The notes under the pieces are model-generated. The model was given only the letters and a program-made list of their open reading frames with translations. It did no database searches and had not been told where the DNA came from. Below are positions 41,435 to 56,721 of a stretch of 64,000 bases of DNA, in pieces. How positions within the stretch are numbered: position 1 is the first letter of the stretch; each line of letters opens with the position of its first letter. The position numbers and the translations under genes were made by a program. This stretch comes from the human T2T-CHM13v2.0 reference genome, Homo sapiens, in the NCBI RefSeq assembly GCF_009914755.1, contig NC_060945.1; one strand, 5' to 3'.

Positions 41435-41724
41435 GGCTGGGCGCAGTGGCCCACAACTGTTAATTCCAGCACTTTGAGAAGCCGAGGTGTGGGTGGATCA
41501 CCTGAAGTCAGAAGTTTGAGATCAGCCTGGCCAACATGGCGAATCTCCGTCTCTACAAAAATTAGCTGGGTGTGGTGGTGGGTGCCTGTAATCCCAGCTA
41601 CTCGAGAGGCTGAGGCAGGAGAAGCGCTTGAATGTGGGAGGCGGAGGTTGCAGTGAGCCAGGTTTGCACCACTGCACTCCAGCCTAGGAGACAGAGCAAG
41701 ACTGTCTCAAAAAATTTTTTAAAA
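41435..41724 (+). mobile_element. Alu (S-type)
   Basis: Dimer, TSD actgtgtgata. Confidence 0.92.
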
Positions 41725-42429
41725 ACACTGTGTGATAAATACCAAAAGAGAGAGATGAAGTTTGAAGGACTTCTGTTCATTCGTTTCCAGTAGATATATT
41801 AACCATAAAGTAGGTTCACACATTGGCTGTGTTCACACATCGGCCATTTAATTGTTTAAATCAAATGCCATGCTGCAAGACAAAAAAGAATAATGATTCT
41901 ATGCTCATTATTTGATAACTCCTGGAAAAATGCAGCATATATTCAGTCTTGCTCATTGCCAACAAGAACCTCTAGACCTGGGACATGTCCCTGAGCAGTG
42001 GTTTAACAGTGATTAGTTGTAGGAATGTGACTTCTAGTGGAGTAAAGTTTATTGGATCTAGTTTTTCATGGCCATTGATTTTTAAATTTTCCTTTGGCCA
42101 TTTCAACTATTGATGAATGTCTTAATTTAGCATGAGTTACATGTAGCTGGTATGATATTAATCAAAGCAAGCTTGATTTGTATATTCTGTTTGTATTTGA
42201 TAGATCCTTTCTGTAAAATATTACTTATAAGTCCAATAATGACAAGGGCCTGTTAGTTCCTTCCAAAAATATATTAATTAAAATATTTTTTCTTTTTTTT
42301 GTTTTTATATTTTATGATTTTTTTTGCCTTTCAATAGTTGGCTTTTCTCTTTATAATCACAATTTACATTCTTTTTAAAAATTATTTTTCTATTTTATCC
42401 ATTGCATTTTTTCCCCTTTCTTGGGCTTT

Positions 42430-43230
42430 ATTTGTTTTTTGTAAGAATACTTAACATGGGATCTACCCTTATAACAAAATTTTAAGTGTACGATACAGTA
42501 TTGTTAAGTATAAGCACAATATTGTACAGCAGATCTCTATAACTTATTCTTTTATGACTGAAACTTAACCCATCCAATTGCAATTCCCCATTTTTTCCCT
42601 CTCCCTAGCCCCTGGCAACCACCATTCTACTCTCTGTTTCTGTGAGTTTGACTGTTCTGTCTACCTCGTATAAGTGAAATCATGTTGGATTTACTCTCCT
42701 CTGTGTCTGGCTTATTTCACTTAGCATGATGCCTCCCAAGTTCTCCATATTGTAGGCAAATGGCAGGATTTCCTTCTTTTTATCAGGCTGAATGGTATTC
42801 CTTTGTGTATATACACCACGTTTTCTTTATCCGTTCATCCATCCATGGACATTTAGGTTGTTTCCATATCATGGCTATTGTGAATAATGCGGTAACGAAT
42901 ATGGCGGGGAGTACAGACTGGGCACAGTGGCTCATGCCTGTAATCCCAACACCTTGGGAGGCTGAGGTGGGTAGATTGCCTGAGCCCAGGAGTTTGAGAT
43001 CAGCTTGGGCAACATGGTAAAACCCCATCTCTACAAAAAATACAAAAATTAGCCAGGCATGGTGGCATGTGCCAGTAGTCCCAGCTACTTAGGAAGCTGA
43101 GGTGAGAGGATCGCTTGAGCCTAGGAGGTTGAGGCTGCAGTAAGCCATGATTGTGCCACCGTACTCCTGCATGACAGAGACCCTGTCTCCAAAAAAATAT
43201 GTGTAGATCAGTGCAGATATCCTTTTGAGA
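42430..43230 (-). mobile_element. L1M 3' fragment interrupted by an Alu
   Basis: cccctggcaaccaccattctactctctg, ggcttatttcacttagcat, ggacatttaggttgtttccatatc. Confidence 0.8.
42916..43197 (+). mobile_element. Alu (J-type)
   Basis: ttgcctgagcccaggagtttgag, ggatcgcttgagcctaggaggttgaggctgcag. Confidence 0.9.
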
Positions 43231-43376
43231 TTGTATAGAAATTGGGATAGAGGCCTATGTTTTCTTTAATGTAAAATAAGTTCTCTGAAAAACTTAGATG
43301 TATACCTTCATCTTCCTAGGTTTGACTATAATTATAAAATACAGCAATAATTAGTAATATTTATTTCATATTCTAG

Positions 43377-43583
43377 GTAAAACTGCCATTCAATGCACAA
43401 CGGATAATTTCACTGTCTCGAAATGATTTTCAGTCCTTGTTGAAAATGCACAAGCTTACTCCAGAACAGCTGGATTGTATCCATGATATTCGAAGAAGAA
43501 GTAAAAACAGAATTGCTGCACAGCGCTGTCGCAAGAGAAAACTTGACTGTATACAGAATCTTGAATCAGAAATTGAGAAGCTG
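43377..43583 (+). CDS. BACH1: BACH1 exon 4 (aa 524-592; CNC/basic region and start of zipper)
   Basis: Acceptor ttctag|GTA; [18 protein letters not shown]...[33 protein letters not shown]; donor CTG|GTAAGT. Confidence 0.98.
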
Positions 43584-44033
43584 GTAAGTGTAAAAGTTTC
43601 TTGTTACTATTTAAATTCCACCACTTTCTTTTTTGTCAAGGAAATAGTTTTTAAATTTCTAGGTCAGATATAATGCTCAATTACTTATTTTAATATGTAT
43701 CAATTACCATTTTATCATTTTTACCATGATATGCTGTGATATGTAAGTGCTTTTTAAAAAGAAGGTTTTCAAATTAAGAATGACTTTACTGTCTACCTAA
43801 TCATTAGTGGTTGTGAATAGATTCAAGAAATTATAAAGCACTTTAGGTTCTCTGTTTTGTGTCTATAGAAGTTAATATTCCAGGTGTTCATTTAAATGAA
43901 CTGTGGACCTGAATAACTTGTTTTGGTTGATACCAAAACCAGACCAACCAGGATCTTTCATCTAAGGAAAAAAATTCTGATAGATATGGTGATATGAATT
44001 GAAAATATTAATATCTAATGGGATCCTAAGTGA

Positions 44034-44364
<331 letters not shown>

Positions 44365-45519
44365 TGAATCTTATTTTCTATTCCAGCATCAAGACACAAA
44401 TTAACTGAAAATTGATTAGTTTACTCCTCTTTCTTTTTTCCGTTGGTGGAAGGAAGCATTGTATGAAAGAGGACAACTCTGATAGTACAGGCCAGCTAAA
44501 GCTAAGATATGGTAAAAGATAGCAAGGAAACAGCCTAGAAGTAGTAAAAACATTGCTTGAATATTCAATTTTGTGTCTATTAATTGTTGAAAGTTTAAAA
44601 GTTGGGATTGTGGCAAGTTTTCAAGCGTGAACATTCTAGCTATGAATGGCAATTAAACAGCAACAATTTAGGGAAAAAAATTGTGCCTCCAGGAGAAGTT
44701 GAAAAATAAAAAATTATTATTTATATATTGTACATATACTTTGTGTAAAAAGATAAAAAATCATAACTATATTAAAGAGATGAAGCATAACTAAATAAAA
44801 AATAGAGGAACTAGATGTTTTACAAATAGAGGCATGAGAGATGTTAAAAAAAAAAACAAAAAACCCAAACACCGACATGATATTGCTGAATAGTTAAAAT
44901 TGTTAAAACCAAGGAGGAAAAGTTTTCAATTCTATAGTACTTAGTACTTTTAGAGTGTGTATCAGTAATACCTTTAATAAACACTGGTGTTCTTTCTTAT
45001 TCAGTTTTGAATTAAACCCTTACCTGCCTTTAGAAGGAGTATAGCATTTTGAGCTTCAGTTTTTATTCTGTGCTGCAATACAGAGATGCTTTTTACACTG
45101 TTAGGTTATGCGAAGCTAGTGGAATGAAATCTACATAAAATTGTACTACTGAAGTTCTTAGTTATGCTTCTTAGTTCTTTTTCTTGCTCTTTCTCGTCTG
45201 CCAGCTATAATTTATAGTAGTTCATAGAGTTTATCCAGTTTTCTTACTCCTCTAAAAATAAAAATAAAAGCGAAACAAGACTATTCTAGTTTATTTCGTA
45301 ACTTTATTTTATAAATGGATACTAAGCAAATATGTTTGAGAGTAGCTATTATCCTTTAGAACTACTCTATTTCTTGGCTCAAGGGTTTTATTTTTTTGAT
45401 ACAAATCAGACATTGGTTTGCTAGATTATTGATATTGCTACTAAATTTCAGATATCTAGGATGAAGAAGCCTTGCTATCTTTGGGCTTTCTTCTCCCTCT
45501 GCCTTTCCTTCTTAGAGAG

Positions 45520-46123
<604 letters not shown>

Positions 46124-46384
46124 TCCATTTTCCCTTTCTTAATTGACCTTCTTCCTAATGTCTCTGCCTAAACTGTAAACTCTGTGTTTGGTATATTGCT
46201 TCTGTCATCATAGTAAGGTTCCTTTCATATGGTCAGTGAATAACTACTGGTTAATTTTCAATACAAAGTAATATTTTGTTTCTCAACAGTTTTTATGAAA
46301 TCCAAAATCTGAATGGTCAGTATCCTGTTTAACTATTACATTAATTTGGACTCTTTGGCTTCAAGAAACAGACTTTTGATTGAA

Positions 46385-46408
46385 GAATGAATGAATGAAT
46401 GAATGAAT
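46385..46408. repeat. (GAAT)n microsatellite
   Basis: Directly visible. Confidence 0.9.
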
Positions 46409-47966
46409 TTGTTGTAGGGAGATAGGTACCTCTCATTTAGAAGCTAGACAATGGAGCCAGGCCTCATAAATAACAGGGAACAGAAGTGGAAGACTCCTGG
46501 GAACCCAGGGACTTCTCTGTGCACCCGCTTCGCTCTCTATCCGAGAGTGGCTTTGTGTGTCACTAAGTGCACATGGGAAGGGTGGCTGTGGCACAATGCC
46601 TGAATAATTTCACTCTCTCCAGGGACTAATCCAGTCAGAGACTACTGTTTTAGTCAGTTCTGAATTCCCAAGGAGAGCATCTTACTGGCTGAATTCACTC
46701 AGGTATCCTCTTCTGTGACTAGCGAGCAAGAACAAAATAGAAGAGTCAAGACCCTCCTTTCTGGGCAGGCACAGCAGACATCTGATAGTGTCTCCTGCAC
46801 CTAGATAGGCGCCAGTCTGACTTCTAAAATAACCCCAGAGAAGTTGTGTTGGAATTTTTGTATCAGAGTGACTCATTTGTGTTTCATCTTCCTTGAAGTC
46901 TCTACTCAGTCCTTCACACTGCTCTCAGTTCTAGTGATTTGTACTGGCAAACTCCAGTTGCAGCGTGAGGGGTACATTACAAATTTCTGTACTGCGTAGA
47001 TGTCTTTCTCAGATAAACATAAACAGAAAATATGCTGCTTATTAGCTAATACGAATAAGAAAGCTGGCCCGTCTAGAAGGAAAAGAATTTGACGTTTAAG
47101 ATAGTTATTATGGTAAGAAGTTTACTTGGACCCTGGTTGTTGGGTGATGTTATGGATCTTGTCTTTTGTAAACAGAAAACTAGGAGGGTTACAGCCAGAG
47201 GTTTATACTTAGTAGCATGGAGAGTTGAGAAAGAGGAAGGAATGTGAACAGATATTTGTGTATATTTTAATCTCATTGAGATGTTACTTTTTGAAAGTAA
47301 CATGGCCAATAAACAAGCAGTATTCTTAGTCTTTATAGTCTAAAGATTATAACAAACCTATTTAAGGGAAATTGCTTGTTTAATAATTAAACAGCCATTT
47401 GCACATAGTGAATGACTGGTTGGCTTTAACATATTAATAGATTCACAGTATTTATTGCTCAGGTCTAAAAATATTCATGCAGAGGGCCCTATATTCTAGT
47501 TAGTTTGGTCTTAGGCTATTGGCTGTTTGTTTTCCTAGAAAGAAATCTTGGAACTTTTTGCAGTTCGTCCTGAGGGCAATGGCATAATAGATTCTGGATG
47601 GATCAGCATGTGATAAAAAGGGGTTTGATTACAATAGAATAATTATTCTAAAATGTTTGCAAAGTGGGTTAGTATTATAATTATGTATAAAGGAATAAAG
47701 GACACTTTTATTAAAGTCTCAGTGTGTTGGGACAAAGGGAGATGTGAGTTAGCATTTAGTAAATAAGGTATTTCTCAACAAGAAGTTCTGTCAGAGTCTA
47801 ATAGAACCTTTGAAGAAAAGGTGTTTATTTATTTGGTGGAAAAATGGATGGTATTGACTTTAGCATTTATTTTGAATTTTATAGTATGTTAGAGGTTAAG
47901 CATTAATTTAGCATTGCTTTTATTACAAGAACTGAATGCGCATAATGCATAAGCCAGTAACATGAC

Positions 47967-48287
47967 TTTGGTTTTTTTTGTTATTTTTTTTATTTTTTTT
48001 ATTTTTTTTTTTGAGGCAGAGTCTCGCTCTTTTCGCCCGGGCTGGAGGTCGGTCTTGGCTCACTGTAAGCTCCGCCTCCTAGGTTCACACCATTCACCTG
48101 CCTCGGCCTCCCGAGTAGCTGGGACTACAGGCGCTGGCCACCATGCCTGGGTAATTTTTTTATATTTTTAGTAGAGACGGGGTTTCACTGTGTTAGCCAG
48201 GATGGTCTTGATCTCCTGACCTCTTGATCCGCCCGCCTCGGCCTCCCAAAGTGCTGGGATTATAGGCGTGAGCCACTGCGCTCGGCC
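47967..48287 (-). mobile_element. AluY
   Basis: cactgtaagctccgcctcc, ttcacaccattc, ttagccaggatggtcttgatc; TSD gacttt. Confidence 0.92.
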
Positions 48288-49009
48288 GACTTTTAAAACT
48301 AACAATTATAAAGTCTTTGGATTCAGCTTCTGTTCAGTGTTTAACTTATGAAGCTCTTGTCTATGTAGCTTTCTTTACAAGGTCCAAGTTTATTCTTTTC
48401 TGGAAGATTAATTCAGAAGTTAGAAAATATACATATCTCTGATAACCATTTTAACCTCAGAGGTACCCTGAAATGAAGGGAGCCTCGCTTTTTGCAGAAA
48501 AATATTTACCAAAATGTATTTCTTTTAGAAAGTATCAAATATTGTTTTCGATATCAACTTGTAAGTGATCAGCAATCAGAATATTCACAAACACTTGCGC
48601 TCAGGGTTGAGGTGTTCAGACACCATTTTATTTCATTACTTTTGTCCATTATGATGGCACAGAAGTAAAACGACCTCATCCGTCCTTAGTGATTTGCATT
48701 TTGTGGTGAAGATTATATTTTATTAAAAATAAACCTGTCCTATTCACAACTAGTCACAATTTACTGGCTGCTCAACCAAAGCGCACCCCAGTGGCCCTTC
48801 CGGAACCTGCCCTCTGTCATTCCGTGTTGTCGTTGAGCAGCATTTCTTGAAATGTGGTGTGTGTCCCATTGGCATCATAGTTATCTTGGGGTGCCCCTTA
48901 AGGTGGACATTTCTTAGTCTATACCAGAGCTGTTGTTAAGGCCCTGGACCTTGCATTTGATACAAGTCCAAGATAAATGTCATGTACGTTTTAAATTCTG
49001 AGAACTCAC

Positions 49010-49250
49010 TGCATGATAGCACTGAGGTCAGACGGAGGCTTTGGAGACAAATGACTGGAAAGCCTGCCTGGCCACTGGGTAGCTTTGTGGTCTGGGGCAA
49101 TTGCTTAACCTCCAGTACCCACATTCCCCCGTTACTAATGTGGGATAAGAGTAACAGCCACAGCGGGGTTGATGCAAGGATCTGATGAGATCAGGGATGA
49201 AAAGCTGTTTGTACTGCCCAGCACGTGTTCAGGGCTCAATATGTATTAGT
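49010..49250 (+). mobile_element. MIR SINE remnant
   Basis: ctggggcaattgcttaacctc ... gggttgatgcaaggatctgatgaga ... ggctcaatatgtattag. Confidence 0.55.
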
Positions 49251-50540
49251 TGTACTTTAAATAAAAGTGGTTCTCTATTCTTCCTATAAGTATTTGCTGG
49301 TGACCCTACATGTTAAATGTTGTGCTTGGTACCAGGATGTCAGAAATGAGTAAGACAGAATCCTCACTTACTTACAGTCTCATAGGGAGTCAAGTTCAAG
49401 TGTGTTCATTTTTTCTTGAGCTTCATGTCAGCACCCCCCACCCCATTCTAAAAATTTCAAGCTTTCAGAAAAGTTAAATGAATGGGTACCATAAGCAACC
49501 ATATACTCTGCATGTAGATTCTTTGATTTTTGACATTTTGCCACATTTGCTTTATTTCTCTATCTTGATCTTTCCGCCTTTGTCTCTCCACCTCAGATCA
49601 TCTGTCTATACCTGTTGGTTTGTCAGTCTTTGCACCTCTATCTCCGTCTATCCATCTTGGTCCTTTTTTAACCCCACTTGGTTGATCTTGGTCTCTCACC
49701 CCTTGGTGTCACTGTTGTTCCTGTCCTGCTGTCTTGCTGGCTGTCATTCCTCACTCTGGCTCTCTTCCTCTCCTTTTATTTTCTGAATTGTTTGAAAGCT
49801 ACCATATTATGACACTTCATCCTTAAATGTTTAAACATGCATCTTCTAAAAAGAGGCATTCTTAGATATGACTAATACCTTTATTATGCCTGAGAATTTC
49901 AACACATCCTAAATATTATATCTAGTTTTTATTCAAATTACTCTGATTTTCCCATCTTTCATAGATGCTTTTTTTTCAAACGAGGATACAGTCATCGTAT
50001 AATGCATTTGATTAAACCTGTTTAGTCTCTTAATCTAGAACAAGTACTCTCATTGTTTTAATGACAATAACTTTTTGAAGTATCCAGGCTGGATTTCTCA
50101 TAAATGTCTTACTTTAAGTTATTTGTCTGATTGCTTCCCCATGGCTTTAAGTCATTTCTCCATCCCTTTACTTCCCGTAAACTGGAAATGTTTGAGTTGA
50201 GGAGACTGAGTTTAAACATTCACTGGTGTTGTCCTTTATATTGTGTCGCCTAGGGAGGCAGGAGGTCCAGTGTCAGTATTGTCGTACCTGGGTAGCTGGG
50301 AAGTGCCAGATTGCTCCATTTTCAAAGTAATATTTTTTCAACCTGTGTTGCTTAGTTATCTATGATGTGTTACTTGGGCACTTTATAATTATCCCGTTCC
50401 CCAATACTCCTGCATCCTTTAGAATATGTTGATGACCTTCACTGTGATTACCATGATTACAAAATCATGATTTTTCTAAATCTTTCATTCTATTTACATT
50501 ATTTTAGTTGGTATTCCTGATTAAAAAGGATTGTTCTTCC

Positions 50541-50861
<321 letters not shown>

Positions 50862-51532
50862 TTTTCTTGTTTTCTCTTTTCCCTCCCTCCCACTCTTTGG
50901 AATCACAGTGGACTCATGGATTAATTTTTTCTGATTCAATTTGTTAGGATAAGTAATAGTCATTATTCTTTTTGATGTTGACATTTTTCAAATTTGGCCT
51001 GGGAGAGCCCGTTCAAGCCAGCTCCTGTCCTGTTGACATAACCATCTAGCACTTGCCATGGTCTCACTTTTTAACCTCTATTGTTTCAAGATTTGGAATC
51101 ACCCATTTCTTTAAAACTCCTGGTTTCTTCTAGCAGTTATATTGGACTTTGGAAAGCCTACCTGCTGCTGGAGTATTATTCCTTCTGGGCCTTTTTCAGT
51201 GGACAGAGCTAGGAAATATATGCATCTGTGTATAAAATAAAGTTCATTATATCATGAATTCATATATATCAGGCTTCAGTAAATGAAAGTAAAAAGTACA
51301 TTAGAAATCCTGAGTTTATGTAGTATTTCCAGTCCAAATTTAGCAGTATAGAGCTTTTGTCTTCACTTCTGTGTTTATGTTTAATCTCTCATCATTTACA
51401 GGAAAAATTTTGGCTCCAATTACATTAGTGTATTGTTTCCTTTATAATATACAGTAAGTTCTCACTTAACATGAAATGATGGATAATGAAACCAGTTTTT
51501 TTCCTCATCAACTTTATAATGAAAGGATGTTG

Positions 51533-51975
<443 letters not shown>

Positions 51976-52275
51976 GAAAGGATGTGGAACAAAATGTTTA
52001 TTGAGGACCTGGTGTGCGTTGTTTCTCTTAAAGTCAGTTTCCAAAAACCTGTCGATGATTTTAAGTGAGGGCACACTGTATAAAAAGTAAGAAAATTAGA
52101 CAATCAGTATTACTATTAACAGTAAACAAATTGAGCAGAATTTGAGATTTATTTGCTTTTTTATGCTTAAATATTTCCCAGTGTGAAGCTTTAAAGTTAT
52201 TTGAAATATTTGTGTTACCAATTTGGCATACAATTAATTTTTTTTTCTATTTATATTACTGGGATTTACTCTACA

Positions 52276-52558
52276 TTTTTTGAGACAGGGTTTCACTCTG
52301 TCACCCAGGCTAGAGTGCAGTGGCACAGTCATGACTCACTGCAGCCTTGACTTCTTGGGATCAAGCAAATCCTCTCATATCAGCCTTCTGAGTAGCCAGG
52401 ACTACAGGTGCGCACCACCATGCCCGGGTAATTTTTTTGTGAAGATGAGGTTTCGCTGTGTTGCCCAGGCTCCTCTCAAAACTCCTGGGCTCAATCGATC
52501 CTCCTGCCTTGGCCTCCCAAAGTGCTGAGATTTTAGGCATGAGCCACCATGCCTGGCC
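52276..52558 (-). mobile_element. Alu (J-type)
   Basis: gactcactgcagccttgac, ctcctgggctcaatcgatcctcc; TSD ctacattttt. Confidence 0.9.
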
Positions 52559-52599
52559 TACATTTTTAATTTGTTTTATTTTGAATGTAAAACGTTTAT

Positions 52600-53330
52600 A
52601 TGGTTCAAACATTAAAACTATATTTTAAAAAATATATACTCCAAATCTTGATCTCATCTTCTCCTTATACCCTATTCATAGCTACTTCCTATAGGTAACC
52701 ATTTTCATTAGTTTCTGGATTTTTTTTTCCCTGTGTTTCTTTTCTAAAAATGTGTTAACATTTTATGTCTACTCTTATTATCCATCCTGCTGCATGGAAG
52801 TATTTTATATACATTTTTCTGTACTTTTTAAACTTAAGAATTGATTTATAGGAAATATTTTTTCTTAGTTCAGAGAGGTTGTCATTCGTTTTCCAGCTCC
52901 ATAGTACTCAGTAGTGACTGTAATACAGTTCAAACCAGTCTTCTGTGGGTGGACAGTTGGGATCCTGCAGTGAATAACTGTATACTGTTTCATGTTTAAG
53001 GAGCTGTGTCTCTAGGACACATTCCTAGAAGTGGGATTGTTGGATCAAGGGTAAATACATACATAATTTTATTAGATATTAACAGATTCCCCTCCTTAGG
53101 AATTGTCATATTTGGCCTTCCAGCAGCAGTATATGTGTGTGTGTCTGTCCACACCCTCAGTCAAGATTTGTTGTCAGCTTTTGGGTTTTTTCCAGTCTGA
53201 TAGTGAGATACCATGATATCTCGTGGTAGCTTTTATTTTTATCTTATGAGTGAAAATGAGCATTTTTGCTTATATTTCTCAGTGCCATTTGCAGATTTCT
53301 CTGAACTGCCGTTCAGAGGTTTTACTTACT
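52600..53330 (-). mobile_element. Old L1 (L1M) remnant
   Basis: attcctagaagtgggattgttggatcaagggta, ccttccagcagcagtat, gagcattttt. Confidence 0.6.
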
Positions 53331-53519
53331 AAGGAACTATTAGTGACCATTTTCTAACAGTGAGTACTCTTTACCCTATCATAAAATTGTCACTTGTACT
53401 TTTGGTGCCAAATTCTTCTATATCTTTATTGGGTGAGTTATATTTATGATCTTTAAAAAAATTATATTTGAATAAATATTGTGCACTAGCTATTCAAAAT
53501 AAGGATTTAGATGCAAAGG

Positions 53520-53823
53520 TTTTTTTTTTTTTTTTTTTGAGACAGAGTCTTGCTCTGTCACCCAGGCTGGAGTGCAGCGGCACAATCTCGGCTCACCGCA
53601 ACCTCCGTCTCCCAGGCTCAAGTGATTCCCCTGCCTCAGCCTGCCCTTTTAGCTAGGTTTACAGGTGTGTGCCACCATGCCCAGCTAATTTTTTTGTATT
53701 TTTATTAGAGACAGGGTTTCACCATGTTGGCTAAGCTGGTCTCGAACTCCTGACCTCACATGACCCGCCCACCTCAGCCTCCCAAAGTGCTGGGATTACA
53801 GGCGTGAGCCACTGTGCCCAGCC
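53520..53823 (-). mobile_element. Alu (S-type)
   Basis: Full dimer in reverse orientation; imperfect TSD gcaaaggttttt/gtaaagattttt. Confidence 0.93.
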
Positions 53824-56286
53824 TGTAAAGATTTTTTGTTGGTATAAAATCCAGAATGGTACCAGAATGCCAATTTTATTCCTTTTTAAGAAATAGCTCT
53901 AATTAAAGGTGCAGCACTTCAAACGTGATTTATACAGTTGTTTTTATAGGAAAATGGAAATATATTGTAGGGATAGGTAGCAGGACACTAATAGTGAGTC
54001 CCACTCATGACTGTAAGTAGTGACTTTGGGAGGTATCTTAAATACTGATGTCATTAAGTAATTAACTTGAATTACTTGTATTTTACTTTTAGTTATTAAG
54101 CTGACTGCTATTATAGTAAATATGTGTCTTAAACTTAGAGTGAAATGGAAACTGCTTAGAAGCTTAGCTGTGTAGGAGTTAAAGTGCAGGGGAACAGATG
54201 GGAACATTTAATTTATAGAAATAATTCTGGTGGAGTTCTAGGGCTGTGCCTATTTGTTTTAGTTGTTGTGAAGAAGCAAGCCATCTTGTATACTTAAAGA
54301 ATGATGTCATCCCTAATTTAGTGGGGTGGGAGGAGTGAGAGTATTTAAAGATCATGTGGATATTAAGATACAGAAGTCATAAAATATTTGTAATCTTCAT
54401 AGTATCTGTAGGTTAAGTAGTGGTTCTAATTTCTGGGAGGAAGCTCAAGTACTCCTTATTTTGTTGAACCATATTTAATTTAAAAGACCAACCAGCAGTT
54501 GAAAATTTTCTATTGCTGTTTAGAATAGATTCATCCCAACTTTGGTAGAGGAGTCCATGGCTGAATATTGCCATGAGTGAAGAAAGATTCTTTCTCACTT
54601 TCTTCTGGAAGCTTTGTTTTCATCCTCCTTTGGATTGGCTTCTGAGAGACCATAAAAAGAAATGGGTGTTGATTGCATTTAATGGTTCCTACTGTGAACA
54701 AGCAGTAGGTACCGTTCTTGCCCTTTCAGTATCTGCAGACTCATTTTATCAGAAGAGTGCAACTGATAAACTTTGCATAAGAGAAAATGTACTGGCCAAA
54801 CATTGATTTTGCTTACATACACATACTTAACACGCACATTCTTGACCTACATCTATTTAAAAAAAAAAAAAAAAAGAACTTGTATATAAAAATCTGAACA
54901 GATTGGAGAATACTTTGCCATATAAAAATTTAGTATTTTGTATTTATTGTATATTTTCTCAAAATATTACAAGGCTTTAAAATATTTTAGAAATAACAAT
55001 AATTGGATTCATACATAATTTTATAGTAATACTTTTGTATAAAACCATAACAATACTTTTGTATAAAGCAAAATTCGTTTTACCCTTTTAGTGACTTTTA
55101 TGTCATAAAAGACTAAAGGATGGCACTTATAGATTAGCACTATGAACTAACTTGTCTCAAGGTTAACTGGCAGCCTCAACTCTCCAGAACCTGTCAATGA
55201 ACAGAAAGCAAACAGAACAACACTGACTTGTTGAGAGTTGTGATAAATTTCATAAGAAAAACGTTTGACTTTCTAGCAAGTGTTTATTTACTCTTTTCTT
55301 ATAAATACCTTGATTATTTGGTTTCCTGGCTCATAATAGATTAGAAGCAATAAGATGTTAGAACAAGAAGGATGAAATGGGATGATAATAGAAAAGACAT
55401 GCTGTCAGCAGTGATAAGTGACATGGACAGGAAGGCAGGAACCAGAAAAACTTTTGAAAAATTCTGTGGTAGACTTTCTTATAGGGGTAATATCTTAAAA
55501 TTATAATAATAACAAAAATGGTAATTAGCAAGCACAAAATTACCCCCCCGAATTCTTCACACTTTAGTAACTCACCCACCGGCTGTCTCTAGGCATCTTA
55601 AATTCAGTCCCATCCCTTCAGTGGGTTTGATGTTGCTTAAATCAAGAGAGGTGTTGTGTGGATTACATAGCTGAGATTGCATGTTGGAAAACATTTAGCA
55701 CAATATCTGTCAGAGAATCTGCTCAACAAATGCTGGTCATTAGTTGAATCTTGCAATGCTTTGAGTCTCAGTAATTAAGTTATGCTAACTGTACTTTTAC
55801 TTTTTTTCTTGTATCCCATCCAAAATGCCATCCATACCTGTTATGTACAGTCTGTAAATCCAGAAAGCTCCAAAAACCGTATGTTTGTCACAAACTCTTT
55901 TGACCGAAAAACTGCCCCAAATTGACATTAGACTACATAGTCTTTATCCTACTTTCTTCATTATTTGCTATTTTAATGTTTACCTAGAAATGTAAAGATA
56001 GTTGATAGGGAAGTGCTGCCCCAGGCCTGCTAGAGAAATTATGTGTGCACCCATACTGTCTTTCCAAAACCTGAAAAATGCTTTGTGCCAAAATACATCT
56101 GCCCCAAGAGTTTTGGGTGGGAGATTCTGGGCCTTTAGTATTTAATGTATAATTGAATGGAATTAAAAGGATAAACTCCATGTGATCTTACTTGATGAGA
56201 AGCCCCTGTATATTATTTGATCGCCTTGGAAATGTTGATTGAGCTAATAAACACAAGCCATTGTGTTCTCTTTCCCCACTTCACAG

Positions 56287-56721
56287 CAAAGTGAAAAGGA
56301 GAGCTTGTTGAAGGAAAGAGATCACATTTTGTCAACTCTGGGCGAGACAAAGCAGAACCTAACTGGACTTTGCCAGAAAGTTTGTAAAGAAGCAGCTCTG
56401 AGTCAAGAACAAATACAGATACTCGCCAAGTACTCAGCTGCAGATTGCCCACTTTCATTTTTAATTTCTGAAAAAGATAAAAGTACTCCTGATGGTGAAC
56501 TGGCGTTACCATCAATTTTCAGTTTATCTGACCGGCCTCCAGCAGTGCTGCCTCCCTGTGCCAGAGGAAACAGTGAGCCTGGCTACGCGCGAGGGCAGGA
56601 GTCCCAGCAGATGTCCACAGCCACCTCTGAGCAAGCTGGGCCTGCGGAACAGTGTCGTCAGAGTGGTGGGATCTCAGATTTCTGTCAGCAGATGACTGAT
56701 AAATGTACTACTGATGAGTAA
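56287..56721 (+). CDS. BACH1: BACH1 exon 5 coding part (aa 593-736; leucine zipper, CP motif C646, C-terminal cytoplasmic localisation region)
   Basis: Acceptor ttccccacttcacag|CAA; QSEKESLLKERDHILSTLGETKQNLTGL...DFCQQMTDKCTTDE*; exon sum 234+1335+207+435=2211 nt. Confidence 0.98.
   Translation, partial: QSEKESLLKERDHILSTLGETKQNLTGLCQKVCKEAALSQEQIQILAKYSAADCPLSFLISEKDKSTPDGELALPSIFSLSDRPPAVLPPCARGNSEPGYARGQESQQMSTATSEQAGPAEQCRQSGGISDFCQQMTDKCTTDE

Noticed and set aside
55845-56135. Possible degenerate Tigger-like DNA transposon before exon 5
   Set aside because: Resemblance too weak to assign family or ends by eye.
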